This document shows positions 1 through 10,369 of a stretch of DNA of 64,000 bases, piece by piece. The position numbers and the translations under genes were made by a program. This DNA comes from Rubripirellula sp. (GTDB taxonomy: Bacteria > Planctomycetota > Planctomycetia > Pirellulales > Pirellulaceae): positions 4,480,001 to 4,544,000 of the forward strand of contig OZ244207.1 of the NCBI GenBank assembly GCA_965216875.1, written 5' to 3'. The notes beneath the pieces are model-generated. The model worked only from the letters and a program-made list of their open reading frames with translations. It did not search any database and was not told the DNA's origin. Position 1 is the first letter of the stretch. Each line of letters opens with the position of its first letter.

Positions 1-273
1 TTGGTCAGGCGCAACATCGATTGCCAACCAATCGGGAAACCATTCGGCAAGCGTCTCGAAGGTCGCTTGAAGTAAATCGACGCATCGCCAATGCACCGCG
101 CCGGGTGGCATCGGTCGTACCTGATCAAGCTTGCGCACCGCATCGATCAATTCGCCACCGCCCACAATGATGAGGTTCACAGCGGGCGGCTGTTCCTCAA
201 TCCACTGCGGCAACACGTCCGCCAAGTCGGCTCGTGTTAACGTACTCCCGCCAACCTTTACAACTCTGAGCAT
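1..273 (-). CDS. Amino-acid-kinase-family protein (uridylate/aspartate kinase-like; possibly MfnE/Orf21-like C1-cofactor kinase), runs off the window start
   Basis: Not in the ORF track. Manual translation from ATG at 273 gives MLRVVKVGGSTL...NLIIVGGGELIDAVRKLD, which has the KxGGS and GGG motifs of this family. Confidence 0.75.
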   Translation of the reverse strand, partial: MLRVVKVGGSTLTRADLADVLPQWIEEQPPAVNLIIVGGGELIDAVRKLDQVRPMPPGAVHWRCVDLLQATFETLAEWFPDWLAIDVAPDQ

Positions 274-384
274 GGATCAATCTTGCGACCGTTGTTGACC
301 GTCCTGCTGTTCGCAACCTCGCCTTGAAGGCAATGGGGCCCCGCCATTAAGCCAAAGAGGCCTCGCCACTAAGCCGAAGCGACT

Positions 385-614
385 GAAGACTCCGGCTCAA
401 GCTTGGCACTACAAACGAGCGACTCACCAAGATTCACAACCTATCTCGAGACCCTACTTCGAGCAATGTCCTAGTGCTACGGCTTCCACCAGCAGAAATC
501 CTCGCCAAAATCCACACACCTGAGCCGAGATTGCGTTAGCGGCCGGGCCTTAATCGCCCTCACCCGAGCTGCGCGTCGGCAAGGGCCCGAGGCCTCACGG
601 CCAGCGGCTCACGG
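385..614. repeat. REP-like palindromic elements (degenerate ...ACTACAAACG copy plus a TGAGCCG...CGGCTCACGG element)
   Basis: Similar to copies at 5812-5864, 11738-11808, 12851-13023 and 17747-17825. Confidence 0.6.
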
Positions 615-673
615 ACACTGCCCAAACTGCTCAAGACGTTGCGCTGTTGGCACCGAGATTGCGATCCACAGCA

Positions 674-2083
674 CTAGCGCCGCATACGTCGATTGGTATT
701 CGGACGCAATTCGTCGCGAGTCAAATCGCCGTCACCATTGGAATCGAGCCGCCGAAGGCGCGTTGGAGCTTGCTCTAATTCTTCAGCCGACAACGTGCCG
801 TCACCGTCGAAGTCGAGCGTCATCATCACCGGCATTCGTCGCATCATCTCAGACATTGAAAAGCCGGGGCCGGCACCAGGTCGCGAACCGGGCCTAGATC
901 CTGGGCGGGCGTCGGGCCTAGATCCTGGGCGGGCGTTGGGCCTTGATCCAGGTCGAGCTCCGCCACCCATTGCGCGTCGACTGCCGCCATCGGGATCGCG
1001 ATCGAACGAAACCAAATACTGCTGCGTGACGGGAACGCAAAAGGTCTCGGCATCGTCACATGCAAAATACTTCACGGTGAGCTCGAGAGGTTTACTGGAC
1101 CGTCCACTCACCTCAACCAAAAACTCGCGTGGGTCGGCATCCGCATCAACATCCACCTTGGGCCCCTGCAAGTCTGGTTGATTGACCGAGATCCCCTCGG
1201 GCGTCTTGATCGAAACCTTGATGGCAGGTGCCTTGTTGTTCCAATGAACCTTGTGGAGTGGATCCAAGAAGAAGCCCAAGTAAATCTTGCCGCTGCCCGA
1301 CTCGGCGCGAAGTTTGACGTAATGCGGTGTCTTCGATTCGAGTGGCGTGATCTTGAGTGGCGACATCCGCCCAGGCAGTTGGACGCGCTCGACAACTCCT
1401 TTCCTAGCTGTCTCTCGTTTGGGTTGTGCTGGCATGTCGAGGTCGGCGACGCGCGTTGGTTGATCAACGGCGCCAACGAGCCCTGCCAGATCATCACGCA
1501 ATGCGTCCGGATCACTCCAGGAACGAGACACCACCAACTTGCCTTCGGGATCGATCACGAATTCGGAATTCGGTCGATCGCCAAGCGCATGCTTCAAGTC
1601 GTTGTCCATCGTGTCGCAAATCCACTCGATCTTAGTCCCGAGTGTTCGGCGCGCTTCATCGATGTGCATCAGCCGCTCTTTTAAATTGAACGGAGCGACG
1701 TAACCGTTGTTCTCTGGATGAGCGAGCGACTTGTAGACGTAATAGAACTTGACGCCCTTCGCCGAATAATCTTGATACACCGCCTCCAAACTGGGGACGT
1801 TTCGCAAGAAGGGCGGTCAGGTCAAGCAGCCAAAAACAAGTACCGTGTAGCTGCCCTTGAGTGACGCGGTCGAAAACCGTTCGCCTTGTTGATCAAAGGC
1901 CGACACGGTCGGAAGCTCCGTCCCTACGGCCGGCGTTTGCTGACCTCCACGTTGCTGCCCCGGTCGCTGCTGCGAGTTTGGTTGCTGCTGCGAAGTTGGT
2001 CGCTGGGCAGGGACGATCGTCGGAGAGATCGACAGGACTGCTAATAGCGAAGCGAGGGTGGTGAAGAGCGGTTTTTGAAGCAT
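674..2083 (-). CDS. Exported iodothyronine-deiodinase-like (thioredoxin-fold) selenoprotein, 469 aa, Sec at codon 89; C-terminal DsbD-N-like and EF-hand-like regions
   Basis: ORFs 1817-2083 and 674-1807 are in the same frame, separated by TGA CCG CCC TTC. Read-through gives VLVFGCLT-U-PPFLRNV...SLAHPENNGY...ICDTMDN. There is an N-terminal signal peptide. Confidence 0.85.
873..958 (-). repeat. Intragenic tandem repeat encoding (A)RPGSRP units
   Basis: Repeated gggcctagatcctgggcgggcg-type units; protein ARPGSRPNARPGSRPDARPGSRPGSRPG. Confidence 0.8.
1770..1816 (-). promoter_or_regulatory. Putative bacterial SECIS hairpin immediately 3' of the in-frame UGA
   Basis: mRNA UGA-ccgcccu-UCUUG-cgaaa-CGUCCCCA-GUU-UGGAGGCG-guguau-CAAGA: an upper stem with a GUU loop starting 26 nt after the UGA, and a lower UCUUG/CAAGA stem. 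Confidence 0.6.
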
Positions 2084-2309
2084 GGCAACAAGCTCTCGAA
2101 AAGAAAGAAAAGGTGCTGCAGTCTTTGAACCACTCCATCCGTGCCAAGTTCCGGGCGTTTTCGTACGAAAAACGAGATGGAGACGTCACTGTCGCTTGAA
2201 AAACACCTCCGAGCGCCTCGACCCAGATATACTAAGCGATACGATCCCACCTACCGGCTCTCGCAGCCATCTCACTCGCCAATACCCCCTCGCCCAGAAT
2301 CGAGAGTGA

Positions 2310-3338
2310 TTGCCGATGCCCGCATCACCAACTCGCCCGCGTCTGCTGTCGTCACCTGCCTCACGAGCTGTGATCCTCATGGGGCTGTCGGTCCTGATCA
2401 CATCGGTCGCCATTGCCTGCCAAGTTCCGGTGTTTCGCTATGCGCTCGAACGTTGGCCAGCAGACCAATACGAATTGATCGTGCTTCATGACAAGCCGCT
2501 CTCGGCTGGCGACAACGATCGCATCAAGCAACTTCGCGCCTCGAGCGAGACGACTGGAAACGGATTCGCGAACTTCACCGTCACGACTTCCAAGATCGGC
2601 GCAGAACAAGACATCGTCCTGAAGCAGTTGTGGGAGCAGCGCACATCGAAAGACGAGCCGCTGCTGGTGTCGCTCTATCCGCGTAACGCCCAGGAAGTCC
2701 CCGACCGAATTGCATCGGTAGCCCCACTTCGCAAATCTTCGACCGAACACATCGCAACCTCGCCCGTGCGTCAACGCATCGTCGACCACATCGCCGATGG
2801 CGATTCAGCCGTTTGGATCTTCGTGCCCAGCGGCAACAAAGCCGAAGACGCAAAAGCACTCGCAACCTTGAAACAAGAAGTGGCTCGAAACGAAAAGGAA
2901 CTCGAACTTCCACCACAGGAGGAAATCGAAGCCGACGAGTTCTTCAGCGAAGAGACCAAGATTGAGCTTAGACTTTCGTTTTCGATTGTCACACTCGATC
3001 GCGATGACCCGAAAGAACAGTTCTTGCTCGATCTACTGCTTGAAAGCGAGCCGGATTTGCGCCAGCTCGACCAGCCGATGGCTTTTCCCGTTCTTGGTCG
3101 CGGACGTATCCTCTATGCCCTCGTTGGCCCCGGAATCTCGCGTGAAACGATCGCGATCGCCTCGACCTTTATCGTCGGCCCCTGCTCGTGCCAGGTGAAG
3201 GAACAGAACCCAGGATTCGACTTGCTGCTCTCAGCCGACTGGGACGAGCGGGTAGGAACCAAAGCAATCTCCAAACCGATCGAGCCGCGATCGACCGAGC
3301 CCGTATTGCTGACCATCCCGCCGGGCCGCAAGAAGTGA
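2310..3338 (+). CDS. Exported hypothetical protein with conserved-looking Cys motifs
   Basis: Signal-like hydrophobic stretch followed by ACQVPVFRYALERW; GPCSCQVKEQNPGFDLL near the C-terminus. Confidence 0.75.
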   Translation: MPMPASPTRPRLLSSPASRAVILMGLSVLITSVAIACQVPVFRYALERWPADQYELIVLHDKPLSAGDNDRIKQLRASSETTGNGFANFTVTTSKIGAEQDIVLKQLWEQRTSKDEPLLVSLYPRNAQEVPDRIASVAPLRKSSTEHIATSPVRQRIVDHIADGDSAVWIFVPSGNKAEDAKALATLKQEVARNEKELELPPQEEIEADEFFSEETKIELRLSFSIVTLDRDDPKEQFLLDLLLESEPDLRQLDQPMAFPVLGRGRILYALVGPGISRETIAIASTFIVGPCSCQVKEQNPGFDLLLSADWDERVGTKAISKPIEPRSTEPVLLTIPPGRKK

Positions 3339-3471
3339 TTTCGGTCGATTTGCGTGGGGTTCAGAGCTTGCCACTTCGCTGATACGATTTTGTCTCGAAA
3401 CAGCGGTCTCGCTCGGGTCGATCTCGAGCGATTCTATTGGCCTCACGTCGCTTTGAATCGACAGGAATCGC

Positions 3472-5691
3472 ATGTCAGCGAAGATCATCTACACGCACAC
3501 CGACGAAGCTCCCGCCCTCGCGACCGCGTCGCTCCTTCCGATCATCCAAGCGTTCACGCAGGGATCGGGGATCGAAATCGAAACCAAAGACATTTCGCTT
3601 TCGGGTCGAATCCTGGCCAACCTTTCCGCCTACCTGCCCGAAGACCAGCAGACGCCCGACGCGCTCGCCGAGCTTGGTGCGTTGGCCAAGACTCCTGATG
3701 CCAACCTCATCAAGCTGCCCAACATCAGTGCCTCGATTCCTCAGTTGACTGCCGCGATCGAAGAACTGCAAAAGAACGGCTTCGCAGTCCCCGACTTCCC
3801 AGAAGACCCGCAAACGGACGAAGAAAAAGAAATCCGGGCATGCTACGCCAAAGTGCTCGGCAGCGCCGTCAACCCAGTCCTTCGAGAAGGCAACTCCGAT
3901 CGCCGCGTCGCCGCCCCGGTCAAAGAATACGCGCAAAAGAATCCACACTCGATGGGCGCGTGGTCGTCCGATTCAAAGTCACACGTCGCTTCGATGAGTG
4001 AAGGCGACTTCTTTGGCAGCGAACAGTCGCATGTGATGGCTGATGCCGGCGATGTGTCGATCGAGCTTGTCGGTGCCGATGGCCAAACCACCCAATTGCG
4101 TCCCCCCGTTGCACTTCAAAAAGACGAGATCATCGATTCGTCTTTGATGAGCCGTGAAGCACTGCGAGGTTTCCTTGCTCGCGAAATCGAAGACGCAAAA
4201 GAGCAAGGCGTCCTGCTGTCGTTGCACATGAAGGCGACGATGATGAAGGTCTCCGATCCAATCATTTTCGGCCACTGCGTTGCCGTCTACTATCAAGAGG
4301 TATTTGACAAATACGGCGATCTGTTTGATGAACTTGGTGTCGCAACGAAGAACGGGATCGGCGACGTCTACGCAAAGATTGAATCGCTTCCCGAAGACAA
4401 ACAGGCCGAAATCAAAGCGGCACTCGACGCGGTCTACCAATCGCGTCCGAAACTGGCGATGGTCGATTCGGATCGCGGCATCACCAACCTACATGTTCCA
4501 AGTGACATCATCATCGATGCGTCGATGCCAGCCGCGATTCGAAGCTCGGGCAAGATGTGGGGGCCGGACGGGCAACTGCACGACACCAAAGCGATCATTC
4601 CAGACCGCTGCTACTCGGGCATCTACCAAGCGACCATCGACTTCTGCAAACAGAACGGTGCGTTCGACGTCACGACGATGGGCAACGTGTCCAACGTCGG
4701 CTTGATGGCACAAAAGGCGGAAGAGTACGGAAGCCACGACAAGACCTTTGAAATCCCTCACGCCGGTACCGTTCGCGTCGTTGATCAAAACGGCACCGTC
4801 TTGATGCAGCACGAAGTTGCCGCCGGGGACATCTGGCGGATGTGCCAAACGAAAGACGTCGCCGTTCGCGACTGGGTCCGCTTGGCGGTCAGCCGGGCGC
4901 GTGCAACAGGTTCGCCCGCCATCTTCTGGCTCAACAAGGATCGTGCTCACGACGCAAACCTGATTGAAAAGGTAGGCGTCTACCTGAAAGATCACGATAC
5001 CGACGGACTCGAAATTGACATCCTCGCTCCGGTCGACGCGGCCAATCACGCGTGCCAACGCGCCGCCGATGGTAAAGACACCATTTCGGTCACCGGAAAC
5101 GTGTTGCGAGATTACCTGACCGACCTGTTTCCGATCCTCGAACTAGGCACGAGCGCCAAGATGCTCTCGATCGTGCCGTTGCTTGCCGGCGGCGGCCTGT
5201 TCGAAACCGGCGCAGGCGGTTCGGCGCCGAAGCACGTGCAACAATTCGTCGAAGAAAACCACTTGCGTTGGGATTCTCTCGGCGAGTTCCTTGCGATCGC
5301 CGTTTCACTCGAAGACTTGGCGTCCAAGACCGACAATTCCCAGACCGCCATCTTGGCTAAAACGCTCAACGATGCCGTCGGCCAAATCCTGGACAACAAC
5401 AAGTCGCCCAGTCGAAAAGTCAACGAACTCGACAATCGCGGCAGCCATTTCTACTTGGCCATGTACTGGGCTCAAGCACTTGCCAGCCAAACCGATTCGA
5501 CGGAACTATCGGAGCGGTTCGCAGGCGTCGCCGCAAAGTTGGCTGAGAGTGAACAAGAGATCGTCGATGAGCTCAATGCGGCTCAGGGGATCGCCGTCGA
5601 CATTGCCGGTTACTACCAACCCAATGCCGCGAAAGTCTCAGCCGCAATGCGCCCAAGTGCCACCTTCAACGAGATCCTCGGATCCCTGTGA
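3472..5691 (+). CDS. icd: Monomeric NADP-dependent isocitrate dehydrogenase
   Basis: 739 aa; [65 protein letters not shown]. Confidence 0.97.
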   Translation: MSAKIIYTHTDEAPALATASLLPIIQAFTQGSGIEIETKDISLSGRILANLSAYLPEDQQTPDALAELGALAKTPDANLIKLPNISASIPQLTAAIEELQKNGFAVPDFPEDPQTDEEKEIRACYAKVLGSAVNPVLREGNSDRRVAAPVKEYAQKNPHSMGAWSSDSKSHVASMSEGDFFGSEQSHVMADAGDVSIELVGADGQTTQLRPPVALQKDEIIDSSLMSREALRGFLAREIEDAKEQGVLLSLHMKATMMKVSDPIIFGHCVAVYYQEVFDKYGDLFDELGVATKNGIGDVYAKIESLPEDKQAEIKAALDAVYQSRPKLAMVDSDRGITNLHVPSDIIIDASMPAAIRSSGKMWGPDGQLHDTKAIIPDRCYSGIYQATIDFCKQNGAFDVTTMGNVSNVGLMAQKAEEYGSHDKTFEIPHAGTVRVVDQNGTVLMQHEVAAGDIWRMCQTKDVAVRDWVRLAVSRARATGSPAIFWLNKDRAHDANLIEKVGVYLKDHDTDGLEIDILAPVDAANHACQRAADGKDTISVTGNVLRDYLTDLFPILELGTSAKMLSIVPLLAGGGLFETGAGGSAPKHVQQFVEENHLRWDSLGEFLAIAVSLEDLASKTDNSQTAILAKTLNDAVGQILDNNKSPSRKVNELDNRGSHFYLAMYWAQALASQTDSTELSERFAGVAAKLAESEQEIVDELNAAQGIAVDIAGYYQPNAAKVSAAMRPSATFNEILGSL

Positions 5692-5700
5692 TTTTTGAAG

Positions 5701-5864
5701 TGTCGCCTTTCGCTCCCCCCTCGTGACCACGCTCTGCGTGGTCACGGATTCTTGGACGCTCCGCGTCCCTAGCTCATGAACCAAACGCTCTACCGTCCTC
5801 CCGCGTGAGCCGCTTCTAGGCGGACCGCATGAAGATTCCGGCTAAAGCTCGGTACTACAAACGG
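5701..5864. repeat. Cluster of REP-like palindromes between convergent genes
   Basis: TGTCGCCTTTCGCTCC fragment, hairpin CGTGACCACG-CTCTG-CGTGGTCACG, and a GATTCCGGCTAAAGCTCGGTACTACAAACG copy. Confidence 0.65.
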
Positions 5865-5880
5865 GTCATGCGCAGGGTGC

Positions 5881-7665
5881 CTACTTGGCGCTCAGCACAA
5901 CTTGGTGTGCGCCGCCGATCACTTTGTCACCTTCGACAATCGATGCCTTGAGCGAAAACTCGCCGGCGGGAAATCTGACGGTCACTCGATGCCCGGCGCG
6001 ACGGCCAGCCATTAGCGGAACGGTCTCTGTCTTCGTGCCAAAGTCCAATCGTGCACTGCGACCTTCGGTTTCGGCGTCAGGCAAAATCACTTCCACCTCA
6101 AACTCTCGCTCGGCGGCATTCTCGAGCAACCAAAAACCGGTCGAGTCCTTTGCCCACGGCCGACCACTGACGTGCCGCCAATCCTGACGCGTCAGCACGG
6201 TGGTTGGCTCGTGCGTCGTACCAACCACGATGTTCGGCGGGGCGTAGTTGTTGGGCCGTGTCGACGAAACATCCGCAAACCAATCTTCATAGGCCTTTGC
6301 AAGTCGCGCGACCACTTCTGGGTGTGCGGCCGCAAGGTCCTTGCGTTGTTGCGGGTCGGCCTTCAGATCGTAAAGTTCAAGCTTTGCCGCCCCCTCGAAT
6401 CGTTCTTTTCCGAAGCCGCTCGGGTGAACGAGTTTCCAAGGCCCTTCATGCAACGCGAAATGATGAAACGGCTGCGGCTGGTTCCCTCGATGGGACTGAA
6501 AGACAAGCTGGCGTGTAGGCCAATCCGCCTTGGCTTCGGTAAGCAGCGGCAAAAAACTGCGACCATCGATTTTGTTTTCGCCACTTGCGTCGACACCACA
6601 TGCTTCAAGCAGGGTCGGCAACAAATCGAGATGCGCACACATTTCACTGGATGTTGCGTTCGCTTTCACCTTCGCTGGCCAATGGAACACCAACGGGGAC
6701 CGAATGCCGCCATCATCCATATGCGTTTTCATGCCACGCATGTTCCCGACATACCGCATCGTGTTGGGCCCGTTGTCATTCAGGTAAATCACAATCGTGT
6801 TGTCTGCGATGCCCAACTGATTGAGTTTGTCCATGAGTTTGCCGACGTTGTCATCAATGTTGGTGATCATCGCGGCGATTCGTGCAAGTCTGTCCTGCTC
6901 GGCTTCAAGTTGTTTGGGCCGGCGATTACCAACAACGATCGGCTTAAAATCGACTTGCTTGTATTCTTCGTACAACTCGGTCGGAACGTCATGAAATGGT
7001 CCATGTGGTGCGTTCGTCGCGATGTAGGCAAAGAAAGGTTCGTCTTTCGAAACCGATCCGGATACGAAATCGATCGCCGCGTCGAAAAACAGATCGGTGC
7101 AATAGCCCTGCATCTGCACTTGCTGGCCATTGCGAAACAGGATGGGATCGGTGTAATTGCCTTCGGCGCCGATCGGATCGGACGGTTGACCAATGCCGCC
7201 GCCTCGATGAATCAGGCTCACTTGAAACCCTTGGTCCATCGGCCGCATCGGATAGTTGTCACCAAGGTGCCATTTCCCAAAAATGCCGGTTTGATAGCCG
7301 CCATCACCCAGGTACTCGGCCAGTGTCACTTCGTCGGGATCCATCATCGCGCGGCCAACGTAGGTATCGATACAGCGCGTTCGATAGTTGTAGCGTCCCG
7401 TCATCAAACTGGCTCGCGTCGGAGCACACACGTTGCTGACGTAGAAGTTACTCAAGTAACCGCTCTTGGCATGCAACGCATCCAAGGATGGAGTGCGAAT
7501 GATGTCGTTTCCCATGAATCCATAGTCGCCGACTCCCTGGTCGTCACTCATGATGACAATCACATTGGGGCGGTCCGCAGAAAGCCGACTCGGGAAAGAA
7601 CAATGGATCACTGCGAACACGATCGCAGCGCAAAAGGAAAAGGAAAACATTCGAAAACGCATCAA
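5881..7665 (-). CDS. Arylsulfatase (formylglycine-dependent, S1)
   Basis: Signal peptide, PNVIVIMSDDQG, CAPTRASLMTGR, GKWHLG. Confidence 0.93.
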   Translation of the reverse strand: MMRFRMFSFSFCAAIVFAVIHCSFPSRLSADRPNVIVIMSDDQGVGDYGFMGNDIIRTPSLDALHAKSGYLSNFYVSNVCAPTRASLMTGRYNYRTRCIDTYVGRAMMDPDEVTLAEYLGDGGYQTGIFGKWHLGDNYPMRPMDQGFQVSLIHRGGGIGQPSDPIGAEGNYTDPILFRNGQQVQMQGYCTDLFFDAAIDFVSGSVSKDEPFFAYIATNAPHGPFHDVPTELYEEYKQVDFKPIVVGNRRPKQLEAEQDRLARIAAMITNIDDNVGKLMDKLNQLGIADNTIVIYLNDNGPNTMRYVGNMRGMKTHMDDGGIRSPLVFHWPAKVKANATSSEMCAHLDLLPTLLEACGVDASGENKIDGRSFLPLLTEAKADWPTRQLVFQSHRGNQPQPFHHFALHEGPWKLVHPSGFGKERFEGAAKLELYDLKADPQQRKDLAAAHPEVVARLAKAYEDWFADVSSTRPNNYAPPNIVVGTTHEPTTVLTRQDWRHVSGRPWAKDSTGFWLLENAAEREFEVEVILPDAETEGRSARLDFGTKTETVPLMAGRRAGHRVTVRFPAGEFSLKASIVEGDKVIGGAHQVVLSAK

Positions 7666-7872
7666 GTGAGCCTGTGGTGGGAAAGGGCAGGGTAGGAGGG
7701 GAGCAAAGAGTATAGCTACACGTAGCCCTCAGTTCGAAGCATCGCATTTTGTGGGCGATCGCATGTGAACTCCGCCCAATGGCAGCACAGCCAACCTTCT
7801 TGGCAAGCGTAGCGACGGACTGGAGCGGCCGTCATAATTGCTCTCTCCAATCCCACCTCCAAAGCCCACACC

Positions 7873-9282
7873 ATGATTCACCGAAACACAACGCCCCAAC
7901 CAGCCAAATCGCTGCCACGTGTTTTTGCTCGATTGGTCGCAACCTGGTTGGGTCTCGCACTGCTCACCCCAAACCTGATTGCCGATTCACCGAAGGATGA
8001 CGCTCGCCCGAATATCGTTTTCATCTTGGCCGACGATCTTGGTTACGGCGATCTCGGTTGCTACGGACATCCTGATGCCAAGACACCGCGGATTGATCAA
8101 CTCGCCGCGGAGGGTGTTCGCTTTACTCAGCATTATTCCAATGGCCCCGAATGCAGCCCAACGCGGACCGCTTTCTTGACGGGACGATATCAACAGAGCC
8201 TGCTCGGACTCGAATGTGCCATCGGCACCGGCAACGTGGGTCGCTACGACGACGCGATCAAACTCGCCAATGAACGGAATCTAGGCTTGGCCGCAGAAGC
8301 GACCGTCATCCCTGGACAATTAAAAAAGTCGGGATACGCCTGTGGCATCTTTGGAAAATGGCACCTCGGTTACGAACCACACTTCAATCCGATGATACAC
8401 GGCTGGGATTCGTTCTTCGGATACCTCGGCGGCAACGTCCACTACTTCAATCATCGGGAAACGAGTGACCTGCACGTTTTGTTCGATGGTGTGCTGCCGG
8501 TTCATCGCGAAGGCTACATGACCAAGCTGATCACAGACGCTTCGATCGAGTTCATTGAAAACGAAAGCGGTCCTTTCTTTCTTTATGTTGCCCACGAATG
8601 CCCCCACTTCCCGTACCAGGGTCCAGACGACGAGAACAAAGTGGTCAACGCCGACAACTGGATGGAAGTTGATCAGCGAGCCTACGTTGCCATGCTTGAA
8701 AACCTCGATTCGGAAGTTGGCCGCATCCTCGATTGCCTCGACCAAAAAGGCCTTTCGAAAAACACAATCGTTGTCTTTGCCTCCGACAACGGCGGCTTTG
8801 CCGGAGCCGCAAACATGAAACCGCTCTCGGGGGCCAAGGGCACAACCATGGAAGGCGGGATTCGAGTACCGCTGGTCGTCCGCTGGCCTGGGCAGATCTC
8901 TCCGAGCGTCAGTGATCAGGTTTCGCTGACTTTTGATTTGACCAAGTCATTCCTGAACCTTGCTGGCGCCGACACGAACACGCTGGCCCTCGATGGCATC
9001 GACATCCTCTCACACGTGGCAAACCGAGACCAAGATGTTGACCGCACTCTCTTTTGGCGCGGCAAGCGAGGCACGAAAGTGTGGTCCGCCGCGCGGGATG
9101 GCGACATGAAACTGGTGCGAAAACTTCAAAACGGCAAGCGAGAAGAGTCGCTCTTTGATCTGTCCACCGACATCAGCGAATCAAACAACCTGATCGACTC
9201 CAGCGCCAACACCGCCGCCAAACTCCGTGCCAGCCTTGACCAATGGGAATCCGACATGGCGGAACGCAGTAAGGCTCTATAA
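7873..9282 (+). CDS. Sulfatase (S1)
   Basis: PNIVFILADDLGYGD, CSPTRTAFLTGR, GKWHLG, SDNGG. Confidence 0.93.
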   Translation: MIHRNTTPQPAKSLPRVFARLVATWLGLALLTPNLIADSPKDDARPNIVFILADDLGYGDLGCYGHPDAKTPRIDQLAAEGVRFTQHYSNGPECSPTRTAFLTGRYQQSLLGLECAIGTGNVGRYDDAIKLANERNLGLAAEATVIPGQLKKSGYACGIFGKWHLGYEPHFNPMIHGWDSFFGYLGGNVHYFNHRETSDLHVLFDGVLPVHREGYMTKLITDASIEFIENESGPFFLYVAHECPHFPYQGPDDENKVVNADNWMEVDQRAYVAMLENLDSEVGRILDCLDQKGLSKNTIVVFASDNGGFAGAANMKPLSGAKGTTMEGGIRVPLVVRWPGQISPSVSDQVSLTFDLTKSFLNLAGADTNTLALDGIDILSHVANRDQDVDRTLFWRGKRGTKVWSAARDGDMKLVRKLQNGKREESLFDLSTDISESNNLIDSSANTAAKLRASLDQWESDMAERSKAL

Positions 9283-9419
9283 ATCCCGTCAAGGTTTCGC
9301 CAGCAGGCCTTGAGTTTGCCGCGAGCAAATGGCGATCCGTGGTTCACTCTTCGTCGCAACGTTGTTGGATCGAGAGCAAACCACGGATTGATTGAATCGC
9401 ACGAATAAGATTGCGCCTC

Positions 9420-10229
9420 CTAGCTTCGTTTGAAGGCGATGCCGCTTGACGCCGCTCCGTCGAGCTTGAAGGTGAACTGGTTGGCTGCACCCGTCCAGCT
9501 TCCGGCCATCTTTTGAAGATCGTTCGAACGCACCAATGTCAATTGACCGCCAGCGAGTCGAAATTGTCCTTGGAACATGCTCGACTTTCCCGCTCGATTG
9601 GCGGTCCACACAAAGCTGCCGTCCGCATTCAATTGCAGTTGAACGGACTGGTTGCCCGGCAGCGATGCCGTCCAGCGACCGACGTGATCGGCAGCCAGCT
9701 GCTGTTGAGATGCACTGACCTGTGCGCCCTGAGCGTTTGCTTGAATGCTTGGCGTTTGAGGGGCGGCCGCGTTGCTTTGTGAACTCTGACCACCCGACAT
9801 CGAAACGAGCAGTTGCAAAGCCGATGTCTCTGCGTTCGAAGCACTCACGGTTGACGGCTGAGCTGCCGGTGCTGGCGAAGGCGATTGCAATTTCTTTGGC
9901 GTTGAAACGGTTGCTGACGATTGACCGATTTGCCCAGCATTCGGTACGCCACCGGGTACTGGCATTCCAATTTGGCCGTGCACAGGTGCGACGCCATTGA
10001 TGGGCGGGGCGACAACGGGAGCGATCGCAGGTGGTTCATTGCAAATGGGCCTTTGCGGTGCGATGTAGACCGGTTGTCTCGCAACCGGATAGTGGCCGCG
10101 ACTCACCGAAACGAAAGACCGTCCACCGCGACCTCCGCACGCCGTCGCAGGGACGGTACAAGAAACACTGACTGCGATCGAGGCGGCGGCGAAAAACAAC
10201 TGTTTGATGCGACGTTTCATGGTTCTCAT
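9420..10229 (-). CDS. Secreted hypothetical protein: Pro/Ser/Gln-rich linker plus C-terminal beta-rich domain
   Basis: Signal peptide; C-terminus VGRWTASLPGNQSVQLQLNADGSFVW resembles the C-terminus of 11823-12710. Confidence 0.8.
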   Translation of the reverse strand: MRTMKRRIKQLFFAAASIAVSVSCTVPATACGGRGGRSFVSVSRGHYPVARQPVYIAPQRPICNEPPAIAPVVAPPINGVAPVHGQIGMPVPGGVPNAGQIGQSSATVSTPKKLQSPSPAPAAQPSTVSASNAETSALQLLVSMSGGQSSQSNAAAPQTPSIQANAQGAQVSASQQQLAADHVGRWTASLPGNQSVQLQLNADGSFVWTANRAGKSSMFQGQFRLAGGQLTLVRSNDLQKMAGSWTGAANQFTFKLDGAASSGIAFKRS

Positions 10230-10308
10230 TCCTGATCATTGGGATGCGATGGAAGGGTCTGTTTCGTGATGCGATCGTCTCGAGTTGTTGACGCCGCTCT
10301 CTGAATCA

Positions 10309-10336
10309 CCAAGCGAAACGAAATTCGCTTCGTTAC
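10309..10336 (-). promoter_or_regulatory. ECF-type promoter motif GTAAC-N16-CGCTTGG (copy 1)
   Basis: Minus strand GTAAC gaagcgaatttcgttt CGCTTGG, upstream of 9420-10229. Confidence 0.75.
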
Positions 10337-10369
10337 ACATAAATCCGACAATTTGAAACATGTCGGGCA

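Noticed and set aside
674..2083. Pseudogene or two separate genes
   Set aside because: The stop is TGA exactly at the redox CxxU position, both halves are intact and in frame, and a SECIS-like hairpin follows.
6172..7695. 507-aa plus-strand ORF
   Set aside because: Antisense shadow of the sulfatase, with no recognisable motifs.
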